From Bdellovibrionales bacterium (GTDB lineage: Bacteria; Bdellovibrionota; Bdellovibrionia; Bdellovibrionales; UBA1609): DNA of 64,000 nt. Where the stretch lies: positions 32,001 through 96,000 of the forward strand of contig JAWLHR010000008.1 in the NCBI GenBank assembly GCA_041690295.1. The letters run 5' to 3'. The notes under the pieces were generated by a model. The model searched no databases, was not told the origin of the DNA, and saw nothing but the letters and a program-made list of their open reading frames with translations. A program made the position numbers and the translations under genes. Each line of letters starts with the position of its first letter. Position 1 is the first letter of the stretch. Positions 18,078 through 28,225 of this stretch are shown here, in pieces.

Positions 18078-18746
18078 TTAAGCGGCCGCTTCTTTTTGTT
18101 GATGGGCCTTCCAGAGATACTCCACCCAAAGTCGTTCCTGACCCGGGACAGGTTTCACTTTATCTCTTCGGCAGATCAGGAGATCGACTGGAACATTATT
18201 TAATGTCACTTCCCTTTGAATGGGTTCGAATCCGATCTCGTAGGCGACGTTCGACACCTTATTGTCATTACGGGCCGGAGCGATGATGGCGTGAGCGTCG
18301 GTGTAATTGAGAAAAACCCGCTGACCCAGCGAGCCCAGCACATGAACCATGCTAATGCCCGTTTTCGACTTTCGATAGGCCGGATTGACGAAGAGCGATT
18401 CCATGCTCATGACTTTCTCTATGTTCTTGCGGCGAAGATCCTCAAAATAAGAATGGTTGAAATTGTGCGAAAGATAAGAATGCTCAAGGCTTACGTCCGA
18501 GCGAATGTCATAGAGCGAATACAAATGAATGGCCACGATATTTTCTTCGTGAACGATGACGGGTATGAAATCCTGTTTAAAAAAATCATCGGGATTGACT
18601 TTGAAACCGGCGTTCAATTCTTTGTAAACAGCGTCCCAATTTTCGCGCCAAAATCGGTACGCCTTCTCAAATAACGGCTTCTCTTCGTCTTTGTAGAAAC
18701 GTCCGGGCAATATGACATACGAGAAATCGGACATTTGCATACCCAT
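18078..18746 (-). CDS. GNAT-fold acyltransferase resembling LuxI/FeeM N-acyl synthases
   Basis: AYRFWRENW...PDDFF...MESLFVNPAYRKSKTG...IGFEPI pattern; AGGAGG RBS. Confidence 0.55.
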   Translation of the reverse strand: MGMQMSDFSYVILPGRFYKDEEKPLFEKAYRFWRENWDAVYKELNAGFKVNPDDFFKQDFIPVIVHEENIVAIHLYSLYDIRSDVSLEHSYLSHNFNHSYFEDLRRKNIEKVMSMESLFVNPAYRKSKTGISMVHVLGSLGQRVFLNYTDAHAIIAPARNDNKVSNVAYEIGFEPIQREVTLNNVPVDLLICRRDKVKPVPGQERLWVEYLWKAHQQKEAAA

Positions 18747-18915
18747 TCACGTGCCTCCTTGTGTGATAATTGTCGCGTTGGAATACTGTCGTGTCGGTAA
18801 ACTAATTCCAGATAATAAACTATTTCTTGTTTATTTATATTTCGCCGTGAATTTCTTTTGAGACCTGGATGCTTGTCCGCGATGATTCGCCCTTTGTCTC
18901 GCTTTGAGGCACGCC

Positions 18916-18942
18916 TAAACCGGCCCCGCGAAAATTCCGATA
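18916..18942 (+). promoter_or_regulatory. Sigma28 (FliA)-like promoter
   Basis: TAAAC-N16-CCGATA, 31 bp upstream of the 18974 start. Confidence 0.6.
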
Positions 18943-18973
18943 TATAAAGGTCACAACCAAGTTTGGGGGACGT

Positions 18974-21622
18974 ATGCGGAAGTCACTGGTTATTGCAACC
19001 GTGTCTTTGCTGGCCTTGTTGGGCTGCACAAGAAAAACAACGACGACGCGACTGAAGGTCAACGTTCCAATTCAACATAAAGTTGGCGGTCTTTCAGGAA
19101 ACTACTATCTCAACGCAGCGATCGCGAATATCCAAATCGCCGGGCGCTCGCCCATTGTTTCCAAAATCGATATGCATGACAGTGAAACCCGGCTGCCCAT
19201 CGGCCAAGGGGTCACATTCGACGTTCCCAATGTGCCCAATGGGGCCTCGGTGCTTGTTCAAGCCCTGATGGTTTTCACCGGCGAAGATCAGGGGGATATG
19301 CGTTTTTATTACGGTGATGCTTCCGCCACGATCAGCGGCAATATGACCTTGTCGGTGACGGCCAAAGCCTCGGCCGCGAGCGCCGGCAAGGAAGCCAGGA
19401 TCTTCGGTCGATACTTGACCGACTTCACGTCAGGACCAACCGGCACATTGACAACGAAATACAAGGTCGGAAACGGCAAGCCGGACATGGAGGTCGAGGA
19501 AGGCAGTATCTTGAATGGCTGGTTCGAGGCCTTTGCCATCGAGGGTGTGAATTTCGATATCGTCGTCAAAGACTCGACCGGCGCCACCCAAACTCTCTTC
19601 AACAATTTGACCATCAGTGGCGGGCAATTGGAGTACACGGTGAATGGAAGCCCGCAGTCCATCGCTTATGGCACTCACCTTCTGAATGTCACCAAGCCAT
19701 CCAGTTATCGACGTGAATTCCGGGGGGACTCTGTTCGCATTCGGCCCGAACCTGAAACCCAGATGATCCTGGGATTTTTCGGGGATCCATCGTTTATGAG
19801 CGGGCGAAAAGTCATATACCCCGAGGTCCAGCAAGGTGTCCCGAACGTTTTCTTCGATTCCGCGGCCACGATTCCCGTGGATTACATGGGCTCATCCGGG
19901 GGCGCGACCAAGATTCGTCGGGTCGCGGGCGGTGAATCGTCAAGTTTAATGGCGGTTTACACCCATGATGCTCCCGGTTGCACGCCGTCTTCATTTGATT
20001 CGGGACTCTGCCTCGCTTTTTATCACAATAAACTGGAGAACGGGGTTCACTCATTTAGCGGCGTGCGCATGCCCTTCAGAGGAATCGATCTCCTCTCGAA
20101 TCGTCATGTTTATGCCCGTGCCACATTCAAGAATGACGGATGCTCGGGCGCGGATTGCACGCAGTTGGAATGGAAGCTTCTTCCCGGTGTTGACGAGGTG
20201 GTGAGTGAAATTGAGATTTGGCATCGCTTTACGCCATCGGGTGGCGGCTATGATGGGAGCTTGGATACCTGTGAGGATCTGACCCGATTGGGCTACACCA
20301 AACACGCTACCACGAGCTCTTCCAACACAACCTACGACTTCATGGGGGTCGAGGAAAACAACTACTACATGCACCAGTTTTATCTCTGCGCCAAAGCCGA
20401 AACCGATGGGCAAGCCAAGTATGTGGGCGAGCCGGTCTGGGTGGACTACTCCTGCACGGGCGGCTGCAACAACGACATGGATCATTTCGGATGGGCCTTA
20501 AGTTCATACTCAACGGTCGTACCCTCGGACCAATATAATACGGACTTTTACCGTGTAACAGATGTCGTCGTCGCTCCCAATTACGTCGAGGCCATGGGCG
20601 TCGTCACCGGATCGTGGGCGGATGGTGATGAAGCCTTGATTCACGTCAGCGCCATGGCCGAGGACGGTGATTGCGGTTCTTCGCCGGAGTTCGGGCCGAA
20701 TCGAGTGGGAAGTTACAGTTTCACTCGTGTTCTCAGTCAGCAGTCGGACCGCTTGGTCTTACCGAGGGGCACGATTTTGGACTCTATAGACGCGGGTTAT
20801 CTGGATGCCGGCGGTCTGGATAGCAACTTCTGCGTGGTTCAGATTGTAAAGGTTAAACACTATCATGATCTTACGATTGAAACCTCGACCAAGCTCACCA
20901 CCAATCCCTTCGACTTCATGATCGGTGGCGGTATTTTGCCGATTCGTGTGAGCGGTACGCTCACCATGCAGAGCGGAGCTGAGATCAGCGCCAACGGCAA
21001 AGGTTTCGCGGGAGGTATCGCGGGCTATAATGGCGCGGGAATGGATAGGGATACCGATCCATCCATGTTCTCCACAAACGGGGGAATTAAAGGTTCAACT
21101 GTGTCCGGCCGCGGAGGTGGCGGCGGTGGTTTTGGAAACGGTGGTCAGGCGAGTACTGTCGACGATGGCCAAGGTGGCGCGGGTGCGATGTTTGGCGCTG
21201 GAAGTCGCCGCATGCTCTTTGGCGGTGGCGGCGGTGGAGCGGGAAGCGCGGACCCTGGAACCCACGGTGGCGGTATTGTTTTCGTAGTGGCGAATCAAAT
21301 TAGTGTGACATCCGGAGCCGCGCGAATCGCGGCTTCGGGGGATTTCGCTTCGGGTAACGGCGGCGCGGGCGGCGGCGGAAGCGTTTTTATCATGACCAAG
21401 AAGTTGATCGGAAGCTCAACCACGCTCATGGGTGAGGCGGTCGGCGGAAGTGCCAGCTCCGGCGGCGTTGGGGGCGGTGGTTCCGTCGAGAGCTTGATTT
21501 GTGACGCTACTGGCATGTTCACGTCGAACGTGGCTATGGGCGTGACCGGAGCCTCCACGGGAGCCCAAGACGGCTGGTCAAACATTCTAAATCCAACTGA
21601 TTATAAATGGACCTGCCAATAA
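18974..21622 (+). CDS. Large surface lipoprotein with Cys pairs and a glycine-rich C-terminal domain
   Basis: Lipobox LLGC; beta-rich body; repeated GGGGG/GGAGGGGSV segments. Confidence 0.8.
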   Translation: MRKSLVIATVSLLALLGCTRKTTTTRLKVNVPIQHKVGGLSGNYYLNAAIANIQIAGRSPIVSKIDMHDSETRLPIGQGVTFDVPNVPNGASVLVQALMVFTGEDQGDMRFYYGDASATISGNMTLSVTAKASAASAGKEARIFGRYLTDFTSGPTGTLTTKYKVGNGKPDMEVEEGSILNGWFEAFAIEGVNFDIVVKDSTGATQTLFNNLTISGGQLEYTVNGSPQSIAYGTHLLNVTKPSSYRREFRGDSVRIRPEPETQMILGFFGDPSFMSGRKVIYPEVQQGVPNVFFDSAATIPVDYMGSSGGATKIRRVAGGESSSLMAVYTHDAPGCTPSSFDSGLCLAFYHNKLENGVHSFSGVRMPFRGIDLLSNRHVYARATFKNDGCSGADCTQLEWKLLPGVDEVVSEIEIWHRFTPSGGGYDGSLDTCEDLTRLGYTKHATTSSSNTTYDFMGVEENNYYMHQFYLCAKAETDGQAKYVGEPVWVDYSCTGGCNNDMDHFGWALSSYSTVVPSDQYNTDFYRVTDVVVAPNYVEAMGVVTGSWADGDEALIHVSAMAEDGDCGSSPEFGPNRVGSYSFTRVLSQQSDRLVLPRGTILDSIDAGYLDAGGLDSNFCVVQIVKVKHYHDLTIETSTKLTTNPFDFMIGGGILPIRVSGTLTMQSGAEISANGKGFAGGIAGYNGAGMDRDTDPSMFSTNGGIKGSTVSGRGGGGGGFGNGGQASTVDDGQGGAGAMFGAGSRRMLFGGGGGGAGSADPGTHGGGIVFVVANQISVTSGAARIAASGDFASGNGGAGGGGSVFIMTKKLIGSSTTLMGEAVGGSASSGGVGGGGSVESLICDATGMFTSNVAMGVTGASTGAQDGWSNILNPTDYKWTCQ

Positions 21623-21718
21623 TCTGATCATTTCATTCGGCCCCATGCGCCAATATGGGGCCTGAACCGCTTTATTAGTGCTTGAACCCTAGTTCAGTTG
21701 AACCTATTCTTCCCACCT

Positions 21719-22840
21719 ATGCTTACATTTGAACTTATTGAAAAACATGGTGATCACGAACAAGTCGTGTTTTGTAACGACAAGGACAGTGGTCTTAAGG
21801 CAATAATCGCAATCCACAACACGACGCTCGGCCCGGCATTGGGCGGTACTCGCATGTGGCCCTATAAAAGCGAGGAAGACGCTCTGGTCGACGTGCTGCG
21901 GTTGGCTAAGGGGATGACTTACAAGGCCTCCGCCGCCGGATTGAATTTGGGCGGGGGCAAGGCCGTTATTATTGGGGACCCCAAAAAAGATAAATCAGAA
22001 GCGCTGTTTCGGACCTTTGGCGCCTTCGTGAACTCTCTGAATGGAAAATACATCACGGCTGAGGATGTCGGAACCTCGGTGCACGACATGGCCTACGTCT
22101 TCATGGAGACGCCCTATGTCACGGGTATCCCCATGTCTTTTGGGGGATCGGGTGATCCGTCTCCATTCACCGCCCACGGCGTGCTGATGGGGGTTAAAGC
22201 TTCAGTGAAGGAAAAACTGAAAACGGATTCATTGAAAGGCATTCGGGTCGCGGTTCAGGGCCTGGGTAATGTCGGCGGAAACCTGGTGGAATATTTGGTG
22301 AAAGAAGGCGCCGAGGTTACGGTGGCGGACATCGATAAAGAGAAGGTTTCCCGCGTTGCCGAGAAATTCAACCTGCAAGTGGCCGATCCGGATGGGATTA
22401 TCATCAGCGAATGTGACGTATTGGCGCCGTGCGCGCTGGGTGCGATCATCAATGATCAAACGATCGGCAAATTAAAATGTAAGATTGTGGCGGGTGGCGC
22501 TAACAACCAATTGGCGGAGCATCGTCATGGTGACGCGCTTCTTGAGCTGGGTATCCTCTACGCTCCCGATTACGTGATCAATGCCGGTGGATTGATGAAC
22601 GTTTTTGTGGAGTTGGAAGGTTATTCCCGCGAGCGTGCCTTTGAAAAGACCAAGCAAGTTTACGATAATTTGATGCAAGTCTATAAGATTTCGCGTGAGC
22701 AAAATATAGCCACGCACCGCGCGGCGGATCGTATGGCGGAGCAACGAATTGCCTCGATCGGGCAATTACGGCAACATCTACATGGCCGTATGGCTCGACC
22801 GTTCTCCACGTTGAAAGAGATGTCGAACCGGCAGAAGTAA
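21719..22840 (+). CDS. Leu/Phe/Val dehydrogenase
   Basis: [39 protein letters not shown]; start re-assigned to ATG 21719. Confidence 0.93.
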   Translation: MLTFELIEKHGDHEQVVFCNDKDSGLKAIIAIHNTTLGPALGGTRMWPYKSEEDALVDVLRLAKGMTYKASAAGLNLGGGKAVIIGDPKKDKSEALFRTFGAFVNSLNGKYITAEDVGTSVHDMAYVFMETPYVTGIPMSFGGSGDPSPFTAHGVLMGVKASVKEKLKTDSLKGIRVAVQGLGNVGGNLVEYLVKEGAEVTVADIDKEKVSRVAEKFNLQVADPDGIIISECDVLAPCALGAIINDQTIGKLKCKIVAGGANNQLAEHRHGDALLELGILYAPDYVINAGGLMNVFVELEGYSRERAFEKTKQVYDNLMQVYKISREQNIATHRAADRMAEQRIASIGQLRQHLHGRMARPFSTLKEMSNRQK

Positions 22841-22856
22841 AAACAGCGAGGAATTC

Positions 22857-23639
22857 GTGAGCAAGAAAGATTTCAAAGACCAGGTCAAAGCGCCGGATGC
22901 CTTTATCTCCACATCCACGCGGGTCCTGAATTGGATCGAGAAACACGCCCGCGCCGTGGTGGCCGTCGTCGTGCTGGCCTGCTTAGTGGGCGCGGGTTTA
23001 ACCGGTTATTCCTATTGGCAAAGCTCGGTGGAATCGAGGGCGGCTGAAGCCATATATAAATATGAGGCCGAACTGAAAGCCGTGGAGGCGCGCATTCGCG
23101 AGGAACGCGGCGAGCTCATGCGCGAAATGTCTAAGAAGAAATCGAATCCCAAGGATCCCATCCGCCCGGTGGATTACGAGAAAGACTACGCGCAAATCGT
23201 TGGAAAGCTTAAAAACGAGATCAAAGCTCACCGCAAAACCCGCACGGCTTTGATTTCAGCGTTGAACCTGAGTTATTTTCTGGTTCAGCAAAAACGATTT
23301 GAAGAAGCTCTTGAAGTGATCTCGATTCCGTCTTTTGAGCCTTCGCGTTCGGATCTTCTGGCGGGATTCACTCTCATGCACAAAGGTCTAGTGTTGATCG
23401 AAAACGGTAAGGCGGATGAAGCCATCGAGACCTATCAGCGGCTCTTGGACTCGTCGGCCCTTAAAGCTTTTCATTCGGAAGCTCTTTTAAAGCAGGGCAT
23501 CGCTTGGGAATTGAAAGGCGATCTGGCCAAAGCCAAAGACACTTATGAAAATGTGGCTCGGAGTTATCCCAATACCGATGCTTCGACGTCCGCCTCGCAA
23601 TTTCTGCGATTGCTGGAACTTAAATCCAAACCGGGATGA
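22857..23639 (+). CDS. Membrane-anchored TPR protein (YfgM-like)
   Basis: Single N-terminal TM segment, TPR-like C-terminus, directly upstream of a BamB-like gene. Confidence 0.7.
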   Translation: MSKKDFKDQVKAPDAFISTSTRVLNWIEKHARAVVAVVVLACLVGAGLTGYSYWQSSVESRAAEAIYKYEAELKAVEARIREERGELMREMSKKKSNPKDPIRPVDYEKDYAQIVGKLKNEIKAHRKTRTALISALNLSYFLVQQKRFEEALEVISIPSFEPSRSDLLAGFTLMHKGLVLIENGKADEAIETYQRLLDSSALKAFHSEALLKQGIAWELKGDLAKAKDTYENVARSYPNTDASTSASQFLRLLELKSKPG

Positions 23640-24766
23640 GAATGCGGTTTACAATCGGAGCCTTACTTCTCCTCAGTGCCTGTTCAACGGTAAAGCCAAG
23701 GCCCAATCAGTTCGTGGTTGAAAAGCGTTGGGTGCGTGACACTCTGACTCAGGAATACCTGGGTGGCCGCCGCATTCATCGCTTCACTCCCATCCTTACC
23801 GAAAAGCTTGTGATCGTCGCCAACTCCATTGATGGACTTACGGCTTATGACCGCAAGAGCGCCCATAAACGCTGGCACTTGCGAATTAAAGACGGCGTGG
23901 AAGCTGGAGCTCAGTTGATCGACAACGTCCTTTATTTCGGGGCTGGTGACGGTCTGCTTTACGCCTTGAACCCTGAAACCGGTCAACCACTTTGGACCTA
24001 TCCTTTAAAGGCGGAAGGCATCGCGAAACCCCTGGTTAAAAACGGCGTGGTTTACGTGCTTGGCGGGAACAATGTTGTTCATGCCCTTAACGCCAGAACG
24101 GGAAAGTTGATCTGGACCTATAATCGCCGGGAAGCGGGGAATATTTCGGTTCGTGGAGGGTCACAGCCGGCTTTGAGCGGGAACCTATTGCTTGTTGGTT
24201 TTTCCGATGGAGCATTGGTGGCCTGTAATAAAAGTTCGGGCGCGGTTGTTTGGGAAGTGAATTTGAATCGCAACAAACGCTTTCGCGATGTGGACGCCAC
24301 ACCGGTCGTGGATGGCGATATCATTTACATCTCAAGCTACGATGGCGCGCTTTACGCTCTTCATCGCGACGATGGCCGAATCCTTTGGTCCGTGGATGAG
24401 GGCGGCTATGATGAAGTCCTTTTGCAAGGCTCGACTCTTTATTTCTCGTCGACGGGCGGAAAAACCATGGCCATCGACAAAAAGACCGGAAAAACGCTCT
24501 GGAGTCAGAATAATCCGGCGGGAATCGCCACCGGACCGGTTTTATATAAGGGCGTGTTGATGGTGGGTGAAATGGAAGGCGCCCTTCGTTTCATCGACGC
24601 CCGCACTGGTGAATTAATAAAGCAATTTGAACCGGGGCGGGGAGTGACTTCGCGGGCCGCGGTGGATCCGGAAACGGGCGAAGTTTACTTCATCTCCACG
24701 GATGCGATTCTTTACGCGCTCCAAGTGAATTGGAAAAGGTACGCCAAGGAGTGGCCATGGGAATAA
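23636..24766 (+). CDS. PQQ-like beta-propeller lipoprotein (BamB-like)
   Basis: Lipobox LSAC; repeated ALN..TG..LW blades. Confidence 0.8.
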   Translation: MRMRFTIGALLLLSACSTVKPRPNQFVVEKRWVRDTLTQEYLGGRRIHRFTPILTEKLVIVANSIDGLTAYDRKSAHKRWHLRIKDGVEAGAQLIDNVLYFGAGDGLLYALNPETGQPLWTYPLKAEGIAKPLVKNGVVYVLGGNNVVHALNARTGKLIWTYNRREAGNISVRGGSQPALSGNLLLVGFSDGALVACNKSSGAVVWEVNLNRNKRFRDVDATPVVDGDIIYISSYDGALYALHRDDGRILWSVDEGGYDEVLLQGSTLYFSSTGGKTMAIDKKTGKTLWSQNNPAGIATGPVLYKGVLMVGEMEGALRFIDARTGELIKQFEPGRGVTSRAAVDPETGEVYFISTDAILYALQVNWKRYAKEWPWE

Positions 24767-25152
24767 GATCCGCGGTTTCTTTGGTGGTTCTTTGTGGGTT
24801 GATCGTGGGCTGCGCCCAAGGTCATTGCCGCCGCAAACAGGAAGCCCCGCAAGCGCCGGTGGCGATTGATGCGCCTCCGACTGAATCGAAAACCACAGAG
24901 CGCACTTCGGACCGGGTTCTGGTTTATAAGTATGACGGAAGTCTGCAATGCGGAGCGGGTAAAGCCATCCCCCTTGATGTGATGGCCAAAGAACTCAATG
25001 GGATTAAAATTTTCTCGATGGTGAAAAAGCCCGATGGATTGATGCACATTCAAGTTTGTGGATCCAATACCGGTATGGCGAACGTTTATGAGATTCCCGC
25101 GAAGGATTTAAAACGGGCTGAAGCCAAAGGTTTTAAAAAGTGGGAGTTTTAA
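24757..25152 (+). CDS. Small hypothetical lipoprotein
   Basis: GGAG RBS, lipobox IVGC; YKYDGSLQC...QVCG motif. Confidence 0.7.
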   Translation: MGIRSAVSLVVLCGLIVGCAQGHCRRKQEAPQAPVAIDAPPTESKTTERTSDRVLVYKYDGSLQCGAGKAIPLDVMAKELNGIKIFSMVKKPDGLMHIQVCGSNTGMANVYEIPAKDLKRAEAKGFKKWEF

Positions 25153-25153
25153 G

Positions 25154-25681
25154 TTGAGTGATGTTTTGTCCGTGAATGAAGTCAAAAGTCTGATCCGGGA
25201 TGTTCCTGATTTTCCCAAACCGGGCATTCTTTTTAAAGACATCACTCCGGTTTTAAATCATCCCAAGGCGTTTCAATCGCTGGTTATTCATCTGGCGGAG
25301 CTGGTTCCGCCGGGCACGACCCGTTTGGCTTCCATCGAGAGCCGGGGATTCATTCTCGGCGCGGCGGTTGCTCACAAGCTCGGTCTTGGCATGACTTTGA
25401 TTCGAAAGCCGGGGAAACTGCCGTCAAAGACGATTTCTTATTCCTATCAACTGGAGTACGGCAGTGACACTCTTGAAATCCACGCCGACGCTTTGGATTC
25501 GACGGACAAGGTCTGTATCATCGATGACGTGCTGGCCACGGGTGGAACGGCCTCCGCGGCCGAACTTCTTTGCGCCAAGGCCGGTTCAAAAATTTCGGGC
25601 TTCGCGTTCATGATGGAGCTTGGCTTTCTCAAAGGGCGCGAAAAATTAAAAGCGCCGGTTCAGAGTTTAATCAGTTTGTAG
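25154..25681 (+). CDS. apt: Adenine phosphoribosyltransferase
   Basis: PDFPKPGILFKDIT, ESRGF, IIDDVLATGGT. Confidence 0.95.
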   Translation: MSDVLSVNEVKSLIRDVPDFPKPGILFKDITPVLNHPKAFQSLVIHLAELVPPGTTRLASIESRGFILGAAVAHKLGLGMTLIRKPGKLPSKTISYSYQLEYGSDTLEIHADALDSTDKVCIIDDVLATGGTASAAELLCAKAGSKISGFAFMMELGFLKGREKLKAPVQSLISL

Positions 25682-26552
25682 CGTTAGATTTTGACGCTTC
25701 CGATGTCTTGGATTTCGCGGGCTGCTGGCGAAGCTTGTCGGCCTGTATGGCGATGGTTCCCGAAATGTCTTGTAATCGATCAAACGCCTCCAATTTTTTA
25801 ATGTCTTCCGTGCCTTTCAACTCGATGGTCAGCACGGGAACATTTCGGTCCACCCACATATAGCGTCCAAGGCTTCCCGGAAAATTCCCCAGCGAAGTCC
25901 AGGGCAGGGGTCTAAACGGCGGGGGATTTTTCATTTTCGGCCCGTCCAGGTCCAAAACTCCAAGCGGCGTGTGCACGGAGATCAATAAATCCGGATTGAA
26001 TTCTTCAAAATGTTTAATCAAGCACTTAGTTTCAATTTCACTGGCGGCGGAAGGGCCGGGATTACGCCTCGGATCCCCTTTTCTTTGCACCTTCCAATAA
26101 TTGAGCGCTTCTTTGTCCCAATCCTTCGTGGGGAAGTTACGGTTTAAATCCACGCCATTGGCATTCATTCGCGTTTTCAGCTTCCAGCCATCCGGATTGG
26201 CGATGGGAATGATGCGCCAGGTGTTGCGCGGCTCGATTTTTTCCAACCGTTCAATCCAAGCGCGGGCGACGATTCCGCTCATCTCTTCATCGCCATGGAT
26301 CAATGATTTGGCGAAAATTCTTTTGCCGTTTTTCGCCGTGCCCAATTTATCATAATGAAAGATGGGCTCACCCTTGACGCTCGTGCAGCCTTCAAGAACC
26401 TGGACTTTCGCGCAGGCGCTCTTGAGGTCAGTGAGATCCTTGTTACCCTTGATTTTCTGCATTTGAGTTATGCAGTACTCCGATATCGAAGTTTCGGGAG
26501 CCTTTTCCTCGGCGAAGGCCGTCAAGGCCATGAGTAGAAACAAAAAATGCAT
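25671..26552 (-). CDS. Exported M14 zinc carboxypeptidase (MpaA-like)
   Basis: IHGDE, NPDG, NANGVDLNRNF, SVH, TIE; signal peptide. Confidence 0.85.
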   Translation of the reverse strand: MHFLFLLMALTAFAEEKAPETSISEYCITQMQKIKGNKDLTDLKSACAKVQVLEGCTSVKGEPIFHYDKLGTAKNGKRIFAKSLIHGDEEMSGIVARAWIERLEKIEPRNTWRIIPIANPDGWKLKTRMNANGVDLNRNFPTKDWDKEALNYWKVQRKGDPRRNPGPSAASEIETKCLIKHFEEFNPDLLISVHTPLGVLDLDGPKMKNPPPFRPLPWTSLGNFPGSLGRYMWVDRNVPVLTIELKGTEDIKKLEAFDRLQDISGTIAIQADKLRQQPAKSKTSEASKSNATN

Positions 26553-26592
26553 TTCCCCTATTGTTATGGTTCAGCGGGCTTGAGTCAATGTT

Positions 26593-28161
26593 TCAAGGAC
26601 ATCCGAATGAGGACAAATCGGTCGATTGCGCGCCCTTCGTGAGCGGATACTCTTCATTGATTTTTTGCACTAAGCGATGGAGATCCAAGCGGTTTCCATC
26701 TTTGAAGAAGGGCGCGAGGTCCTGGCTTTTGGCGGCCGACGCGAGAAGCAGTCTCTCCACTTCCTGAGGCGTTGGCGCGATTTTGTACGCTTCTCGAATC
26801 AAACCAATGGTCAAACCCGCGGCGGCGGTCACCTGCGGTCCCGCCTGTGAGGTGCCGGCGAGCCGGCCATACGAGGAGAGGCGAGTGGGGAGCGTGGAGT
26901 AAATCCCCGTCAATCCCTGCTCGGCGCCCGGCGCTCCGATTTCCGCGTACGTGGTGCTGAAGTGACTGAACAGGCTTTTCTGACCTGTGCGCACGTCAAA
27001 TGAGCCGACTCCGATCACGCCCGCCTTGGTGGAATAAATCGCGGGAATTGAGGTTAATGTGGTGCCGTTCACTTCACGTCCGTTTTCGCCCGGATCCGAA
27101 TTGCCGATCACGGTGATCACGGTCACGCCGCGATTGACCGCCTCCGTCAGCGCGGTTTCGGCCAAGGCGTCAGTGGCCGATCCATTCACGATTCGGCCAA
27201 GACTTAAATTGATGACATGGGCGCCGTTCAGATAAGCAAACTGGATCGCATTATAAACATGCTGAGAAGAGGTGAACTCCTCGCCGGTCAAAGGATCCGT
27301 TTCGAAAACCTTGATGCTCATGATTTGCCCGCGAAAAGGCATGGTGCCGGTGATACCGATGGTGTTGTCCGAGGCGGCCGCGATGATTCCCGCCACATGG
27401 GTGCCATGACCGATGGCCGAGGGATCCGTCGGATTATAATCCACGTTTCCGCCCAGCGTGGTGATGTCGATGCCGATACCTTGATTGTGGCGCCACATGT
27501 TCGCCTGCAAGTCCAGGTGCGCATAATCCACGCCCGTGTCGATCACCGCCATGATGACCGGATCACCGGTGCGTTTCATTCCCGCCGATTCGCCGTAGGC
27601 GAGGGAATAGGCCGCCGAAGCATTAATGGCTTCAAGATGGGATTGGTTAATGCTTTGGCTGTCGTTAAAGGCATGCAAGCGGTAACTTTGATTCCACGAC
27701 AATCCGATCACGCAAGGATCGGCGTCCGCGAGAGCTTCAATTTCCGAAATGGAGTATTCCCGATCCAGGTTCCATGCGTAGATTTGGCGTTCCAGCGCTT
27801 CGAGCTTCTGTTCGCTTAAAGAGCCGATCCATTCCGAGGGGCAGGAATTCAGCGCGAGAACACCCAATTCGGCGCCTGGAGGAAGAGTGGAATCCGATTC
27901 GAGAGTTTTTTGCGATTGGGTGGACAGACCTTGCGGAAGAGTGTCGAGAATCACCTTTCGCTCGGAAAAAGGAGTGTGTTTCGCGAAAGCCTCGAACGGA
28001 GTGACCTCGCCCTTGTATAACCCGGCTTTGCATTGGGTCTGGCTTCGGGCGGACATGAAGCCCTTGCTGCTCAACAGGCCGGCCTGACAGGAGTTATAAA
28101 CCAAAGGGATCAAAAGCGATAGGGCCACGGGCGCTACAACTTTTGAAAGCGAACGACTCAC
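26593..28161 (-). CDS. S8 subtilisin-like serine protease, probable lipoprotein
   Basis: Triad motifs VIDTG, HGTHVAG, GTSQA; N-terminal hydrophobic stretch ending YNSC. Confidence 0.9.
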   Translation of the reverse strand: MSRSLSKVVAPVALSLLIPLVYNSCQAGLLSSKGFMSARSQTQCKAGLYKGEVTPFEAFAKHTPFSERKVILDTLPQGLSTQSQKTLESDSTLPPGAELGVLALNSCPSEWIGSLSEQKLEALERQIYAWNLDREYSISEIEALADADPCVIGLSWNQSYRLHAFNDSQSINQSHLEAINASAAYSLAYGESAGMKRTGDPVIMAVIDTGVDYAHLDLQANMWRHNQGIGIDITTLGGNVDYNPTDPSAIGHGTHVAGIIAAASDNTIGITGTMPFRGQIMSIKVFETDPLTGEEFTSSQHVYNAIQFAYLNGAHVINLSLGRIVNGSATDALAETALTEAVNRGVTVITVIGNSDPGENGREVNGTTLTSIPAIYSTKAGVIGVGSFDVRTGQKSLFSHFSTTYAEIGAPGAEQGLTGIYSTLPTRLSSYGRLAGTSQAGPQVTAAAGLTIGLIREAYKIAPTPQEVERLLLASAAKSQDLAPFFKDGNRLDLHRLVQKINEEYPLTKGAQSTDLSSFGCP

Positions 28162-28225
28162 GCTTACATTCTCCGCGATACTAAGAGATTAACACGGGCG
28201 GAGGTGAGTTTCGTAGGGGGGCGTC

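Noticed and set aside
175..18746. Prophage, ICE or integron interpretation of the recombinase-flanked region
   Set aside because: No phage, conjugation or transposase genes, no att repeats or attC-like sites seen, and the recombinase is too short for an integron integrase.
21639..21662. GGCCCCAT/ATGGGGCC hairpin after the Gly-rich lipoprotein
   Set aside because: No adjacent U-tract, so not called as an intrinsic terminator.
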